24,000 nucleotides of DNA, from contig CAZLAM010000054.1 of NCBI GenBank assembly GCA_964557435.1, positions 1 through 24,000 of the forward strand. The letters run 5' to 3'. Under the pieces are notes generated by a model that did no database searches, had not been told where the DNA came from, and saw nothing but the letters and a program-made list of their open reading frames with translations. The position numbers and the translations under genes are program-made. The stretch is from an uncultured Eubacteriales bacterium (lineage in GTDB: Bacteria; Acidobacteriota; Aminicenantia; Aminicenantales; UBA4085). This document shows positions 15,775 through 24,000 of the stretch, piece after piece; the first letter of the stretch is position 1, and the number at the start of each line of letters is the position of its first letter.

Positions 15775-17493
15775 CTATTTCTTCCGAGTACGGCGCCGGC
15801 GGGCCAATTCCGCCGCGGTCATGGTATTCAACACATCGCCCTTCTCCAGCCAGCCGCGCCGGGCGATACCCAACCCGAAACGCATCATGGCCGGGCTGTC
15901 GGCGGTGTGCGAATCCGTGCCGATTCCAATTTTGACTTTGCGATCCGCGGCTTTACGCAGAAAAAGATCGCTCAGGTCGAGCCGGTCGACGTGGGAATTA
16001 AGCTCAAGGGCTTTACCGTATTCGCGGGCGGCTTCGATCACACGGTCTAAATCGACGTCGTACCCTTCCCGGCCCGAAAGCAGGCGCCCCGACGGGTGGC
16101 CGATAATATCCACGTGGCGGTTGGAAAGAGCCTTGACCATCCGGGCCGTGACGTCTTTCTTGAAGCTGGAATGGACTGAAGCCACTACGAAATCCAGCCC
16201 GGCCAGGGCCTCGTCCGGAAAATCGAGCGATCCATCGGCCAGGATATCGACCTCGGACCCCTTGAGGACGCGGAATCCCTTGAGTTTGCGGTTGAGCAGG
16301 TCGATGGCGGCGCCCTGTTCCGCCAGCCGCTCGGGCGTCAGCCCTCCGGCATAGCGCGCCGACCGCGAATGATCGCAGACGGCGATGTAAGCGTAGCCCA
16401 TTTTTCGGGTCAGCGCGGCCAGGTCCTCGAGGCTCAAACGGCCGTCGCTGGCTTGCGTGTGGCAGTGAAGGTCGCCGCGAAGGTCGGCCGCTTCGATCAG
16501 GAGGGGCAGATCGTTTTTTTGAGCTCGTTCGATTTCACCCCGGTCCTCCCGGAGCTCCGGCGGAATCCAGGGCAGGCCCAGAGATTTATAAACGCCTTCT
16601 TCGTCCTTTCCGGCGATTTTTTTTTCTCCCCGGAAAACGCCGTACTCGTTGATTTTTAAACCTTGTGTTTTGGCCAGACCGCGGAGCTTGACGTTGTGTT
16701 CTTTCGAGCCGGTAAAATATTGGAGTGCCGCGCCGAACGAAGATGCTTCCGCAAGACGGAGATCAACCTGCCGATCGCCCTCATCTGTGCTTATAAGAAC
16801 CGACCCTTTGGTCTCCCCCGCGGCTAAAACTTGTTTACCCCGTGTCCATCCGGAAAAAGCGGCCATGATGGACGAACCGTCTTGGCCCTCCGCCAGGATG
16901 TCGATATCGCCCACGGTTTCGCGCCCGCGCCGGAGCGAACCGGCGGCGGCGATGCGGCCGATTCCGGCCAGTCCACGGAGAAAACCGATGACGTCTTGGG
17001 CGATATCGGCGGCCTCCGCGATCGACAGCCGCGCCCGGCCCTTTTCGCGGATTTCGATGCCCTTGCGGATATTCTCGACCTTCTTATCCCCCATCCCGGG
17101 GAGCCGCGCCAGCGTGCCGTCGCCGATCGTCCGTTTGAGATCGTCGATCCCGGCGATTTTCAGTTCCTTGAAAACCAAGCCGACCGTCCTGGCCCCGACG
17201 CCCGGAATCTCGAGCAAGTCGAAAAGCCCCTCCGGGAGACCGGCGGCGGCCTCGGCGGACTTGGCCATCCGGCCCGTGGCTATGTATTCCTCGATCTTGC
17301 GGGCGATCCCGTCGCCGATGCCTTCGAGTTCGCGAAGCCGGCCTTCCCGGGCCGACGTTTCGATGTCCCCGGACAGATCCCGTAGAACACGGGCCGCTTT
17401 GCGATAGGCCAGCACCTTGAAAGACGGCTCACCCTTGATGTCCAGGGCATCGGCGATCCTTTCGAAAAGAACAGCCAGCTCGTTGTTTTTCAT
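15775..17493 (-). CDS. polX: Family X DNA polymerase with a C-terminal PHP (3'-5' exonuclease/phosphoesterase) domain
   Basis: 572 aa. The N-terminus NNELAVLFERIADALDIKGEPSFKVLAYRKAARVL is a HhH/8-kDa-like region. The palm motif is GSLRRGRETVGDIDIL. The PHP domain starts at DLHCHTQASDG. Confidence 0.92.
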   Translation of the reverse strand: MKNNELAVLFERIADALDIKGEPSFKVLAYRKAARVLRDLSGDIETSAREGRLRELEGIGDGIARKIEEYIATGRMAKSAEAAAGLPEGLFDLLEIPGVGARTVGLVFKELKIAGIDDLKRTIGDGTLARLPGMGDKKVENIRKGIEIREKGRARLSIAEAADIAQDVIGFLRGLAGIGRIAAAGSLRRGRETVGDIDILAEGQDGSSIMAAFSGWTRGKQVLAAGETKGSVLISTDEGDRQVDLRLAEASSFGAALQYFTGSKEHNVKLRGLAKTQGLKINEYGVFRGEKKIAGKDEEGVYKSLGLPWIPPELREDRGEIERAQKNDLPLLIEAADLRGDLHCHTQASDGRLSLEDLAALTRKMGYAYIAVCDHSRSARYAGGLTPERLAEQGAAIDLLNRKLKGFRVLKGSEVDILADGSLDFPDEALAGLDFVVASVHSSFKKDVTARMVKALSNRHVDIIGHPSGRLLSGREGYDVDLDRVIEAAREYGKALELNSHVDRLDLSDLFLRKAADRKVKIGIGTDSHTADSPAMMRFGLGIARRGWLEKGDVLNTMTAAELARRRRTRKK

Positions 17494-17567
17494 GGCTAGT
17501 CCCCGCCGTTTTCACACTTTCCGTCCAGCCCCGATCGCGGGACTCCCGCCCTGAGAAGGCCGAAGCC

Positions 17568-18071
17568 TCAGCCCTTGAAAATGCGTTCGATTTCCTTTTG
17601 CGCGTTGGCCAGAATTTCCTTGACCTGGGGAAGCTTTTCCTGCCCGGCTTGACGGGTTTTCTGCCCGATCATCCGGCCCAGGTCGCCCAGCGAATGCATG
17701 ACGCCGCGCATCTCGTCGCGGAACTCGTTGCTCCAATTCCCCCACCACGTCTTTATCTGCTTCTTGACTTCTTCGGTCTCTTTTTCTTTATCGGCCATAA
17801 AGGCCAGCCCTATAGCGGTGATGGTGTAGATTTTCTTTCCGTCCTGGGGCATGACCGTGACATACCCCATCTCCTCGAGCCACTGAAGGGTCGGATAGAC
17901 GGCGCCGGGGCTGGGCGCGTAGAATCCGCCAAACCGCTCCTCGAGCTCTCGAATGATTTCGTAGCCGTGGCGGGGCTTATCCTTGAGGAGGTCAAGAATC
18001 AAATATTTAAAATCACCTTTATGAAAAACCCGTTCACCCCGCGCCCCACCCCAAAATCTCGTTCTGTGCAT
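17568..18071 (-). CDS. PadR-family transcriptional regulator
   Basis: 167 aa. YLILDLLKDKPRHGYEIIRELEERFGGFYAPSPGAVYPTLQWLEEMGYV is the PadR winged-helix signature. An AGGAGG SD sits 6 nt before the ATG. Confidence 0.9.
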   Translation of the reverse strand: MHRTRFWGGARGERVFHKGDFKYLILDLLKDKPRHGYEIIRELEERFGGFYAPSPGAVYPTLQWLEEMGYVTVMPQDGKKIYTITAIGLAFMADKEKETEEVKKQIKTWWGNWSNEFRDEMRGVMHSLGDLGRMIGQKTRQAGQEKLPQVKEILANAQKEIERIFKG

Positions 18072-18094
18072 CGCCTGCCTCCTGAAGTTATTTC

Positions 18095-18156
18095 GATATA
18101 TTTAGTTATATCTAGATATACTTTAATAATAAACAAAACGATTGTCAATATGTCAA
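18095..18156 (-). promoter_or_regulatory. Candidate padR promoter with overlapping palindromic operator
   Basis: The minus strand reads TTGACA (18148-18143; a second TTGACA lies at 18156-18151), 17 nt, then TAAAGT (18125-18120). Immediately downstream is the perfect 14-bp palindrome TATATCTAGATATA (18107-18120), plus GATATA (18095-18100), which forms a second inverted repeat with TATATC. Confidence 0.4.
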
Positions 18157-18242
18157 ATAACAAACCTTTTTATATTTTTTGAGAGGATTCTTGGCCGAAC
18201 GGCGGATGGCGTAAAAACGCTCATCCAAGCGGCGGGCGGCCG

Positions 18243-19037
18243 TCAGGACTTCTCGTTAGCTTTCAACCAGGCCAAGAGCTTTTGAAGAAGTTCTACCGTC
18301 AGTTGATGACCGCCCTCATATTCAAAGCCCAGGACATCATACCCTTTCGTTTTGAAGAAACCGACCTGGGCATCGTACTGATCTTTGCCGACAAGCCCAT
18401 CATCCCTTCCCCGGGCGGCGAAAACCTTGACGTTTTTCGCCCGAGTGATGTCCGCCTCGGCAAGAATCGATCCGCTTTTATCGATTTCGGGCACGATTCC
18501 ACCGACGGCGGCAATGCCTCGAACCAGGGCCGGCGACCTTAGCCCCGTCATATACGCCAAGGAAGCTCCCTGGGAAAAGCCGAAGATAAAGACTCCGTCG
18601 ATTTTATAGGCGGCCGAGACCTTGTTGATGGCCTCAAAAATGCCTTCGACGCTGAACTGGTCCGCCTGTTTCCAGACGGATTTGTCGGTGGTCTCGTAGT
18701 ACCAGGAAAATCCAATCGAATTTCCCACCGGTTTAGGATACGGCCCCTCGGGAGCGGCGAGGATGATGCCATGGGAGGCAAAGCCGGAAAACGCGGACAG
18801 CAGGCTCCGCGCGGTCCCGCCGTTGCCATGAAGGACGACCAGCAAAGGATAGGCCTTTCCATCGTCATGCTGATCCGGAAGCCGGACCCATATTTTCTGC
18901 AGCTTGATGAGGGGGGCCAGGATTAAACGATCCTGGCTTTCCGCCGGCCTCGGTTTTCCGGCCTCGACGACCGCACAAGCACAGGACAGCACGGCGATCA
19001 CGCCCGCGGATAGACTAAAGAAACGGGGGGCCATCAT
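18243..19037 (-). CDS. Secreted alpha/beta hydrolase, phospholipase/carboxylesterase-type esterase
   Basis: 264 aa with a signal-like N-terminus. It has an HG oxyanion region (LLVVLHGNGG), a GFSQG nucleophile elbow, and later RGRDDGLV and GGHQL consistent with a Ser-Asp-His triad. Confidence 0.8.
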   Translation of the reverse strand: MMAPRFFSLSAGVIAVLSCACAVVEAGKPRPAESQDRLILAPLIKLQKIWVRLPDQHDDGKAYPLLVVLHGNGGTARSLLSAFSGFASHGIILAAPEGPYPKPVGNSIGFSWYYETTDKSVWKQADQFSVEGIFEAINKVSAAYKIDGVFIFGFSQGASLAYMTGLRSPALVRGIAAVGGIVPEIDKSGSILAEADITRAKNVKVFAARGRDDGLVGKDQYDAQVGFFKTKGYDVLGFEYEGGHQLTVELLQKLLAWLKANEKS

Positions 19038-19085
19038 CGCGGTTTTTCTATCCTTGAATTTGCTGCGACCTCCTCCGGTCGAGCC

Positions 19086-19709
19086 TCAAGCCGCCAATCG
19101 GCCCACGATCCAAGCCCCGGCAAGCAGGGCCAGGGCCCCCGCCGTCGACCAGGCCTTACGGGAAAATCCGGATTGCTCGGCGCGACCGGCCAAGGCCAAC
19201 GATGCCGGAACGAGGATGGCCGAGAGTCCGGCCGCCAGGCTGCCGTTGAGAAAGACGTAGCGGAGGACGCGAGGCAGACCTTCAACAACCCAGAACTCGT
19301 AGCGGAAGACGTAGGTGATGAGGACGGCGAAGGCGGCGTGGCCGCCATAGGCGGCCAGGATTCCGACCAACGCGCCGCGCCAAGCCCTAGTCGGACGGCC
19401 GGCCCGGATCAGAATGGCCGAGGCGACGTCGAAAATAACGCCCACGCAAACGATCGCCAGAAGATGGCAATAGAAGGGCGGCGCGTTAACCAGCTTGAAG
19501 AGGGCCGCCATAATTCCGGCCGCGGCCGCCGTGCCGAAAACAGGCGCGCTCCCCTTCAGGAAGCCCAGGAAAAAAAAAGCCCCGGCCGTCAACCAGGCCG
19601 AGCTGTAAGGGATATCGAGTTTGGAGAGTGTCTCGCCGCCGACGATCTCGAGCAGCCCCCAGGCCGAACCGAGGGCCAAAGCCCAAAGCCAAATTTTCGT
19701 ATTTTTCAT
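19086..19709 (-). CDS. Hypothetical multi-pass integral membrane protein
   Basis: 207 aa from the ATG at 19709 (MKNTKIWLWALALGSAWGLL...). I count about 6-7 hydrophobic helices and recognise no family. The track start at 19823 adds a non-hydrophobic leader with no SD. Confidence 0.6.
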   Translation of the reverse strand: MKNTKIWLWALALGSAWGLLEIVGGETLSKLDIPYSSAWLTAGAFFFLGFLKGSAPVFGTAAAAGIMAALFKLVNAPPFYCHLLAIVCVGVIFDVASAILIRAGRPTRAWRGALVGILAAYGGHAAFAVLITYVFRYEFWVVEGLPRVLRYVFLNGSLAAGLSAILVPASLALAGRAEQSGFSRKAWSTAGALALLAGAWIVGRLAA

Positions 19710-20022
19710 GATCTCGTCTTGACCTCGGTTTTCATAAATATCACAGGAATCCGTCCGGCGCAATCCCAAGCCATTCCCAAATTGCCGATAGAAGTGGGGA
19801 AGGAATTCCGGATTTCGCCCCACTTGGTGATCTTTGCCCGGGAAATAATTTCTACCGGCGATTTGGGGACTGCCGCAGCGCTTTACAAGAATGGAAGGTT
19901 TTGGTAGATTACCCCGCGCTCCGAGCCGGAGCGGCTAAAGCCGGGCCATCGCCGGCCAGGTCCTCCGGCCAATGGGTGAGGCGGGAAACGGCCTTGCCTT
20001 CCATCTTTGAAAAGGAGGATCG

Positions 20023-21969
20023 ATGATCCACTCTCTATCCCCATCCCATTCCCGTATCCGGACGATCGCGGCCGTTCTCGGCTTTGCCCTCGTCCTCGCC
20101 TCCGGCCTCCCGGGCGCCGCCCGGCAGGCGGACAAGGCCAAACAGACTCAGGCCGAAAAGCCCGTCCGCATCACCGAGGAAATCCAGGTCGTCGGCCGGA
20201 TACCGCGGGACCAGCCGGTCTCCACCGTGACCCGGATCGATTTCACCAAGATCGAGCAGAACCGGCCGCTCGACCTGGCCGAGGCCATCCGGTATGCGCC
20301 CGGCGTCTCCGTCACGGCCGGCAACAAGAGCGAATTCACTCTCAAGCTGCGGGGCATGGACGCGCGCCGCATCGTCCTGCTCATCGACGGCGTGCCCAGC
20401 TATGAGCCCTACTACGGCTCATTCGACCTCAAGACCGTAGCCGCCGCCGGCATCGACTCGCTGCAGATCACCAAGGGGCCTTCCTCAGTGCTGTACGGAC
20501 CCAACACCCTGGGCGGAATCGTCAACGTCATCACCCGCCGGCCTGTTGGTGATCCCTACCTGACGCTCAACGCCGGATTCGGCGCGGACCGGACGCGAGC
20601 CGGCGGCCTGGACGGCGGATTCCGGTTGGGCAAATTCTCCCTGGCCGGCAACCTCGGCTATCAGGGCTCGCACGGCTATGCCTATCCCGATGCCGAGACG
20701 GGCGACGGCATCACTTACACCAACACCAGCTACCAACGCTTCAACCTGAACGCCAAGCTCTTCTACGCCCCCTCCGACAAGACCGAGCTCATGATCAACG
20801 GCAACGTCTACACCTCGGACTACGGCATGCCGGCCGCCCTCGGCATTCAGTCGGCCCGCTATTGGAGGTTCAAAAACTGGGACCGCTACGGGCTGAACGC
20901 CGGCGGCTTCACTTCCCTGGGCGGCGACTCGACCCTGCGCTTCCGGGCTTTCGCCGTGAACTACCGGAACACCCTGGATCAGTACCGGGATAAGGCCATG
21001 ACCAACCGCCAGTTCGAAAGCACGTTCGACAACTCGGTCACCGGCGTCTTCGCCTTGGCCGATTTCCACCCCGCGTCCTGGAACGATTTGAAGGTCAGCC
21101 TGAACTTCCAAAAGGATATCGCCCGGACCCAGGACGATGCAGGCCTGCCCTTCGTCGATTACAAACAGGGCACCTTCTCGGCCGCTTTGGAAGACGAGAT
21201 TGCGCTGTCCAAGAAGTGGCGTCTGGTCGGCGGGTTCAGCTTGGACGTGATCGATAAATTCATCGGCGACTCGACCTCGCGGCTCAACCCGATGCTGGGC
21301 TTCAAGTTCAGCCCGAACGAAGCCCTCGACCTCCACGCCTCGGCTTCGATGAAGTCGAGGATGCCCAATATGAGGGCTCTCTACTCCACATCCAGCGGCA
21401 ACCCCGACCTGCTCGGCGAGACCGGGACCAACGCCGAGTTGGGCGCCGCCTGGACCCGGGGCGTTTTCGTTTCGGCCTCCCTCTTCACCTACCGGTTCAA
21501 GAACATGATCGACACTTATACTCTGCCCGACGGCACTCGCCGGTACATGAACGTCGGGAAGGCTCACATCACGGGGGGAGAATTCCAGCTGCAGAAATCG
21601 ATCGGGCCGGTGGACGCGACCTTCAATTACACCTATCTCGATCACCGCAACGACGTCGACAACCGGCCGCTCGACGCTCTCTCTCCGCACAATCTGAACT
21701 TCGACCTGACCGTGCGGCCGTTGACGGAATTTCGTCTCAGTGTTTACGGCTTGTACGGATCGAAGTCGTCCTGGTGGGATTCCAAGGCCAATAAGGTTTT
21801 GGATATCCCTGCCTACTTCAACCTCGACGCCGTTCTAGCTTACGACTGGAAGCGGATCCAGCTCTTTGTCAAGGCGACGAACCTGCTCAACGACTACTTT
21901 TATGCCGAGCCGATCTTCCCCTGGCGGGGACGGTTCCTCGAATTCGGGGCCAAGGTCAGCGTCTTCTAA
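20023..21969 (+). CDS. TonB-dependent outer-membrane receptor
   Basis: An AGGAGG SD and a signal peptide are present. There is a TonB-box-like EEIQVVG, a plug domain (LDLAEAIRYAPGVSV...LRGMDARRIVLLIDGVP...ITKGPSSVLYGPNTLGGIVNVITR), and a beta-barrel ending in a terminal Phe (KVSVF). Confidence 0.9.
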   Translation: MIHSLSPSHSRIRTIAAVLGFALVLASGLPGAARQADKAKQTQAEKPVRITEEIQVVGRIPRDQPVSTVTRIDFTKIEQNRPLDLAEAIRYAPGVSVTAGNKSEFTLKLRGMDARRIVLLIDGVPSYEPYYGSFDLKTVAAAGIDSLQITKGPSSVLYGPNTLGGIVNVITRRPVGDPYLTLNAGFGADRTRAGGLDGGFRLGKFSLAGNLGYQGSHGYAYPDAETGDGITYTNTSYQRFNLNAKLFYAPSDKTELMINGNVYTSDYGMPAALGIQSARYWRFKNWDRYGLNAGGFTSLGGDSTLRFRAFAVNYRNTLDQYRDKAMTNRQFESTFDNSVTGVFALADFHPASWNDLKVSLNFQKDIARTQDDAGLPFVDYKQGTFSAALEDEIALSKKWRLVGGFSLDVIDKFIGDSTSRLNPMLGFKFSPNEALDLHASASMKSRMPNMRALYSTSSGNPDLLGETGTNAELGAAWTRGVFVSASLFTYRFKNMIDTYTLPDGTRRYMNVGKAHITGGEFQLQKSIGPVDATFNYTYLDHRNDVDNRPLDALSPHNLNFDLTVRPLTEFRLSVYGLYGSKSSWWDSKANKVLDIPAYFNLDAVLAYDWKRIQLFVKATNLLNDYFYAEPIFPWRGRFLEFGAKVSVF

Positions 21970-21991
21970 CCGGACCTGGCCCGGCCGCTCG

Positions 21992-23713
21992 TCACTCCAG
22001 GCGCTTGATGATGTGCCAGCCGTATTTTGAACGCTGCGGGTCATACACGGCCATCCCGACGGTTCCCGCCGCCAGCCCGAAGCTGACGTCGCCGAAAGCC
22101 CGGACCATGCCGCTCCGGGCGTATTCCTTCTTGTCCTTGTCGGGCGCGATACCGATATTCGTCATTTTATAGATTCCCGGATGGGCGTCGTCGGTATATT
22201 TTTTGACCAAGGCGTCGAAGTCCTCCCCTTTTTGAGCCCGCTCGAAGAGTTCCAGAGCCAGGGTCAAGGCCTCGTCCGAGGTACGAACGACTTTGGGCTC
22301 GGGGATAGATCCCTTGAAGGCGATCAGGATATGCTGGACGGAGACCCGGTCCGGCTCCCCGGAGGCTTTTCTCGGTTGAACGGCGGAGACGAGGTTCTCG
22401 ACCTCATCGATCTCCTTGGGCACGCCTTTGGTCAGGACCTCGCAGCCGTCCTTAGTGATCAGGACGGTATCTTCGATACGGATACCGATGTTCTTTTCGG
22501 GATAATAGAGGGCCGGCTCGATGGCGAAGACCATCCCCTCCTGGAGAGGCAGACCGCGCGGACCGACGTCGTGGACGCACAGGCCGACGAAATGGCCCAG
22601 TCCGCCGGTCAGCCCGCGGCTGTCCAGTCCTTTCTTTGTCATGGCCTCGGCCACGTATTTCACCACGTCCGCCCCGGTGACGCCGGGTTTGTAGGCTGCG
22701 ATGCAGGCTTTCTCGACTTCGAGCACGATTTGATAGACCTCGCGCTGTTCCGGGGTGAACTTGCCGTTGACCGGCCAGGTCCGGGTGATGTCCATGCAGA
22801 GCTGGTCGAGGTCGGCGCCGAAGTCCATCAGCACGAGATCGCCCACCTCGGTCTTGCGCCCGTTCTTTTCGTAATGCCAAACGCAGGTGTTGGGACCGGA
22901 CCCGACGATGGGCGGATAAGCCGCCCCGCGCGCGCCGCCCTTGAGAATGACGTTCATGGCCGCCGCTTCGATTTCATATTCGAAGACGCCGGGCCGGCCG
23001 GCCAGCATGGCCTGTTTGACGGCCTCGGCGGAAAGGCGGCCGTTCCTCTTTAGTATGGCGATCTCCTCGGGACTCTTGAGATAGCGGAGCAGGTCGATGA
23101 AGGGCGTGACGTCCTTGATTTCAAAAGACGGGTAGCGCTCTTTGAGCTTCTGAAGCCGGTGGGCGTCCAGGGAAATCTGGTCGTTGTAATGGGTCCTGTT
23201 TTTGCGGCCGATGAAGAGCGCGACTTCGCCGCGGTCATTGTCCAGGGTGTCGCCGGGCTGCAAACGAAACCAAATCGGGGCGAAGTTCCGCATCTGGCGG
23301 GCGATGAACTCGTCGAGATAGGTCAGATCGAAAAGATTCGCCAATCCCAGCTTTTCCGTGGCTTTTTCATCCTTCAGCAGGTTGGGCCCGCCGACCATCT
23401 CCTCGCGCGCAGTCTGGCGCGGCAGGAAAAGATGGGCTTCTTTGGTTTTCGCGTTCAGGATCAAGACGGCGTTCGGGTCTTCGACACCCGTAAAGTAGAA
23501 GAAGTCGTTGTCCTGTCGGAAATGAGACCCGGCCTGCGGCATCGCTTCACCGAACAGGACGACCATCCCCTCCTTGAGCTTGTCCGCCAAGGCCGCCCGG
23601 CGCCGAATGAACTCGTCCTTTGAATATCCCGAGCGCTGGGCGAAGACCGTTTGAATCACCACAAGCGACGCCAAAGACAACAGCGACCATCTCCAAATCG
23701 CTTTTTTTTGCAT
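21992..23713 (-). CDS. Secreted M24B Xaa-Pro aminopeptidase fused to a C-terminal PpiC/parvulin-type peptidyl-prolyl isomerase domain
   Basis: 573 aa with a GGAGGGAG SD and a signal peptide (LLSLASLVVIQTVFAQ). There is an AMP_N-like N-domain. The M24 metal ligands are in context (LMDFGAD, CMDITR, GLGHFVGLCVHD, FAIEP, IRIED). Residues about 455-573 (nt 21995-22351) read VSVQHILIAFKG...GEDFDALVKKYTDD...FGDVSFGL..G.....YGWHIIKRLE, a parvulin-like pattern. Confidence 0.88.
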   Translation of the reverse strand: MQKKAIWRWSLLSLASLVVIQTVFAQRSGYSKDEFIRRRAALADKLKEGMVVLFGEAMPQAGSHFRQDNDFFYFTGVEDPNAVLILNAKTKEAHLFLPRQTAREEMVGGPNLLKDEKATEKLGLANLFDLTYLDEFIARQMRNFAPIWFRLQPGDTLDNDRGEVALFIGRKNRTHYNDQISLDAHRLQKLKERYPSFEIKDVTPFIDLLRYLKSPEEIAILKRNGRLSAEAVKQAMLAGRPGVFEYEIEAAAMNVILKGGARGAAYPPIVGSGPNTCVWHYEKNGRKTEVGDLVLMDFGADLDQLCMDITRTWPVNGKFTPEQREVYQIVLEVEKACIAAYKPGVTGADVVKYVAEAMTKKGLDSRGLTGGLGHFVGLCVHDVGPRGLPLQEGMVFAIEPALYYPEKNIGIRIEDTVLITKDGCEVLTKGVPKEIDEVENLVSAVQPRKASGEPDRVSVQHILIAFKGSIPEPKVVRTSDEALTLALELFERAQKGEDFDALVKKYTDDAHPGIYKMTNIGIAPDKDKKEYARSGMVRAFGDVSFGLAAGTVGMAVYDPQRSKYGWHIIKRLE

Positions 23714-24000
23714 CCGTCTCCCTCCTCGATTTTTCAGAGTTCGGGCATTCGCCCGGGATCGCCCCGGGCTCGTCCGAAAGCGGAATGGTCCGCCGCGAAC
23801 TGACGGGAGGATACCGCCGGCCGAGCGGGGCTGTCAATGGCCGCGTTTGCTGACCGCCAGACACGGTTCTCTTCGAGCGAGAAACCACAGAGGGGAGCTG
23901 CGCCATGCGGTCACCATGTCAAAACCAGAAAAACTGGACAACGGTCAGCCGCGTTAGGCGGCGAAGAAAACCTTGCGAAAACGCTGTTTTCGGATTATTT

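Noticed and set aside
14315-16354. Very long plus-strand ORF (679 aa). Similar long ORFs lie at 1063-2079, 2820-4103, 4654-5643, 5270-6283, 6112-7374, 11682-12809, 20485-21690 and 22181-23053.
   Set aside because: Each lies antisense to, or out of frame with, a gene that has clear family motifs. The translations are Arg/Pro/Gly/Asp-rich and low in complexity, as expected for shadow ORFs in GC-rich DNA. None shows a recognisable motif or a convincing SD.
19790-20022. Cobalamin or TPP riboswitch upstream of the TonB-dependent receptor or the membrane protein.
   Set aside because: I found only loose resemblances, for example GGGACTGCCGCAGCG and AAGCCGGGCCATCGCCGGCC against the B12-box region. 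The conserved cores (GGTG..AATCC pairing, a proper B12 box, CTGAGA of TPP) are not present in the right order. A covariance-model scan is needed to settle this.

Overview
This is a GC-rich, densely coding bacterial chromosomal window. I support 17 protein genes and one gene remnant. I recognised no rRNA, tRNA, CRISPR array, transposase or integrase, and I make no taxon call. Left to right the genes are: the 3' part of an SPFH/band-7 gene; a minus-strand run of TfoX-like protein, 2x cNMP-binding patatin-like phospholipase, lipoprotein, secreted GH2 and a beta-lactamase-family serine hydrolase; a decayed spacer with a 44-bp tandem repeat and a Gfo/Idh/MocA remnant; a plus-strand pair of an unknown protein and a GH39-like lipoprotein; a long minus-strand run of PadR, PolX, GH29 fucosidase, cydA and cydB; a membrane protein and an esterase; a TonB-dependent receptor; and a secreted M24 Xaa-Pro aminopeptidase fused to a parvulin PPIase domain. 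Many products carry signal peptides and are glycan, peptide or ester hydrolases. The observations most worth follow-up are: (1) a 38/39-bp direct repeat carrying an SD, an ATG and the first 8 codons, which brackets a 2.74-kb TfoX/cNMP-patatin module like an insertion scar; (2) the proline-specific peptidase plus prolyl-isomerase fusion; (3) the NTE-like cNMP-patatin gene, which has no usable canonical start codon; (4) the repeat and pseudogene scar at 8.4-9.2 kb. I cannot show that any of these is a new system from sequence alone. All homology calls come from motif recognition by eye, not from searches.
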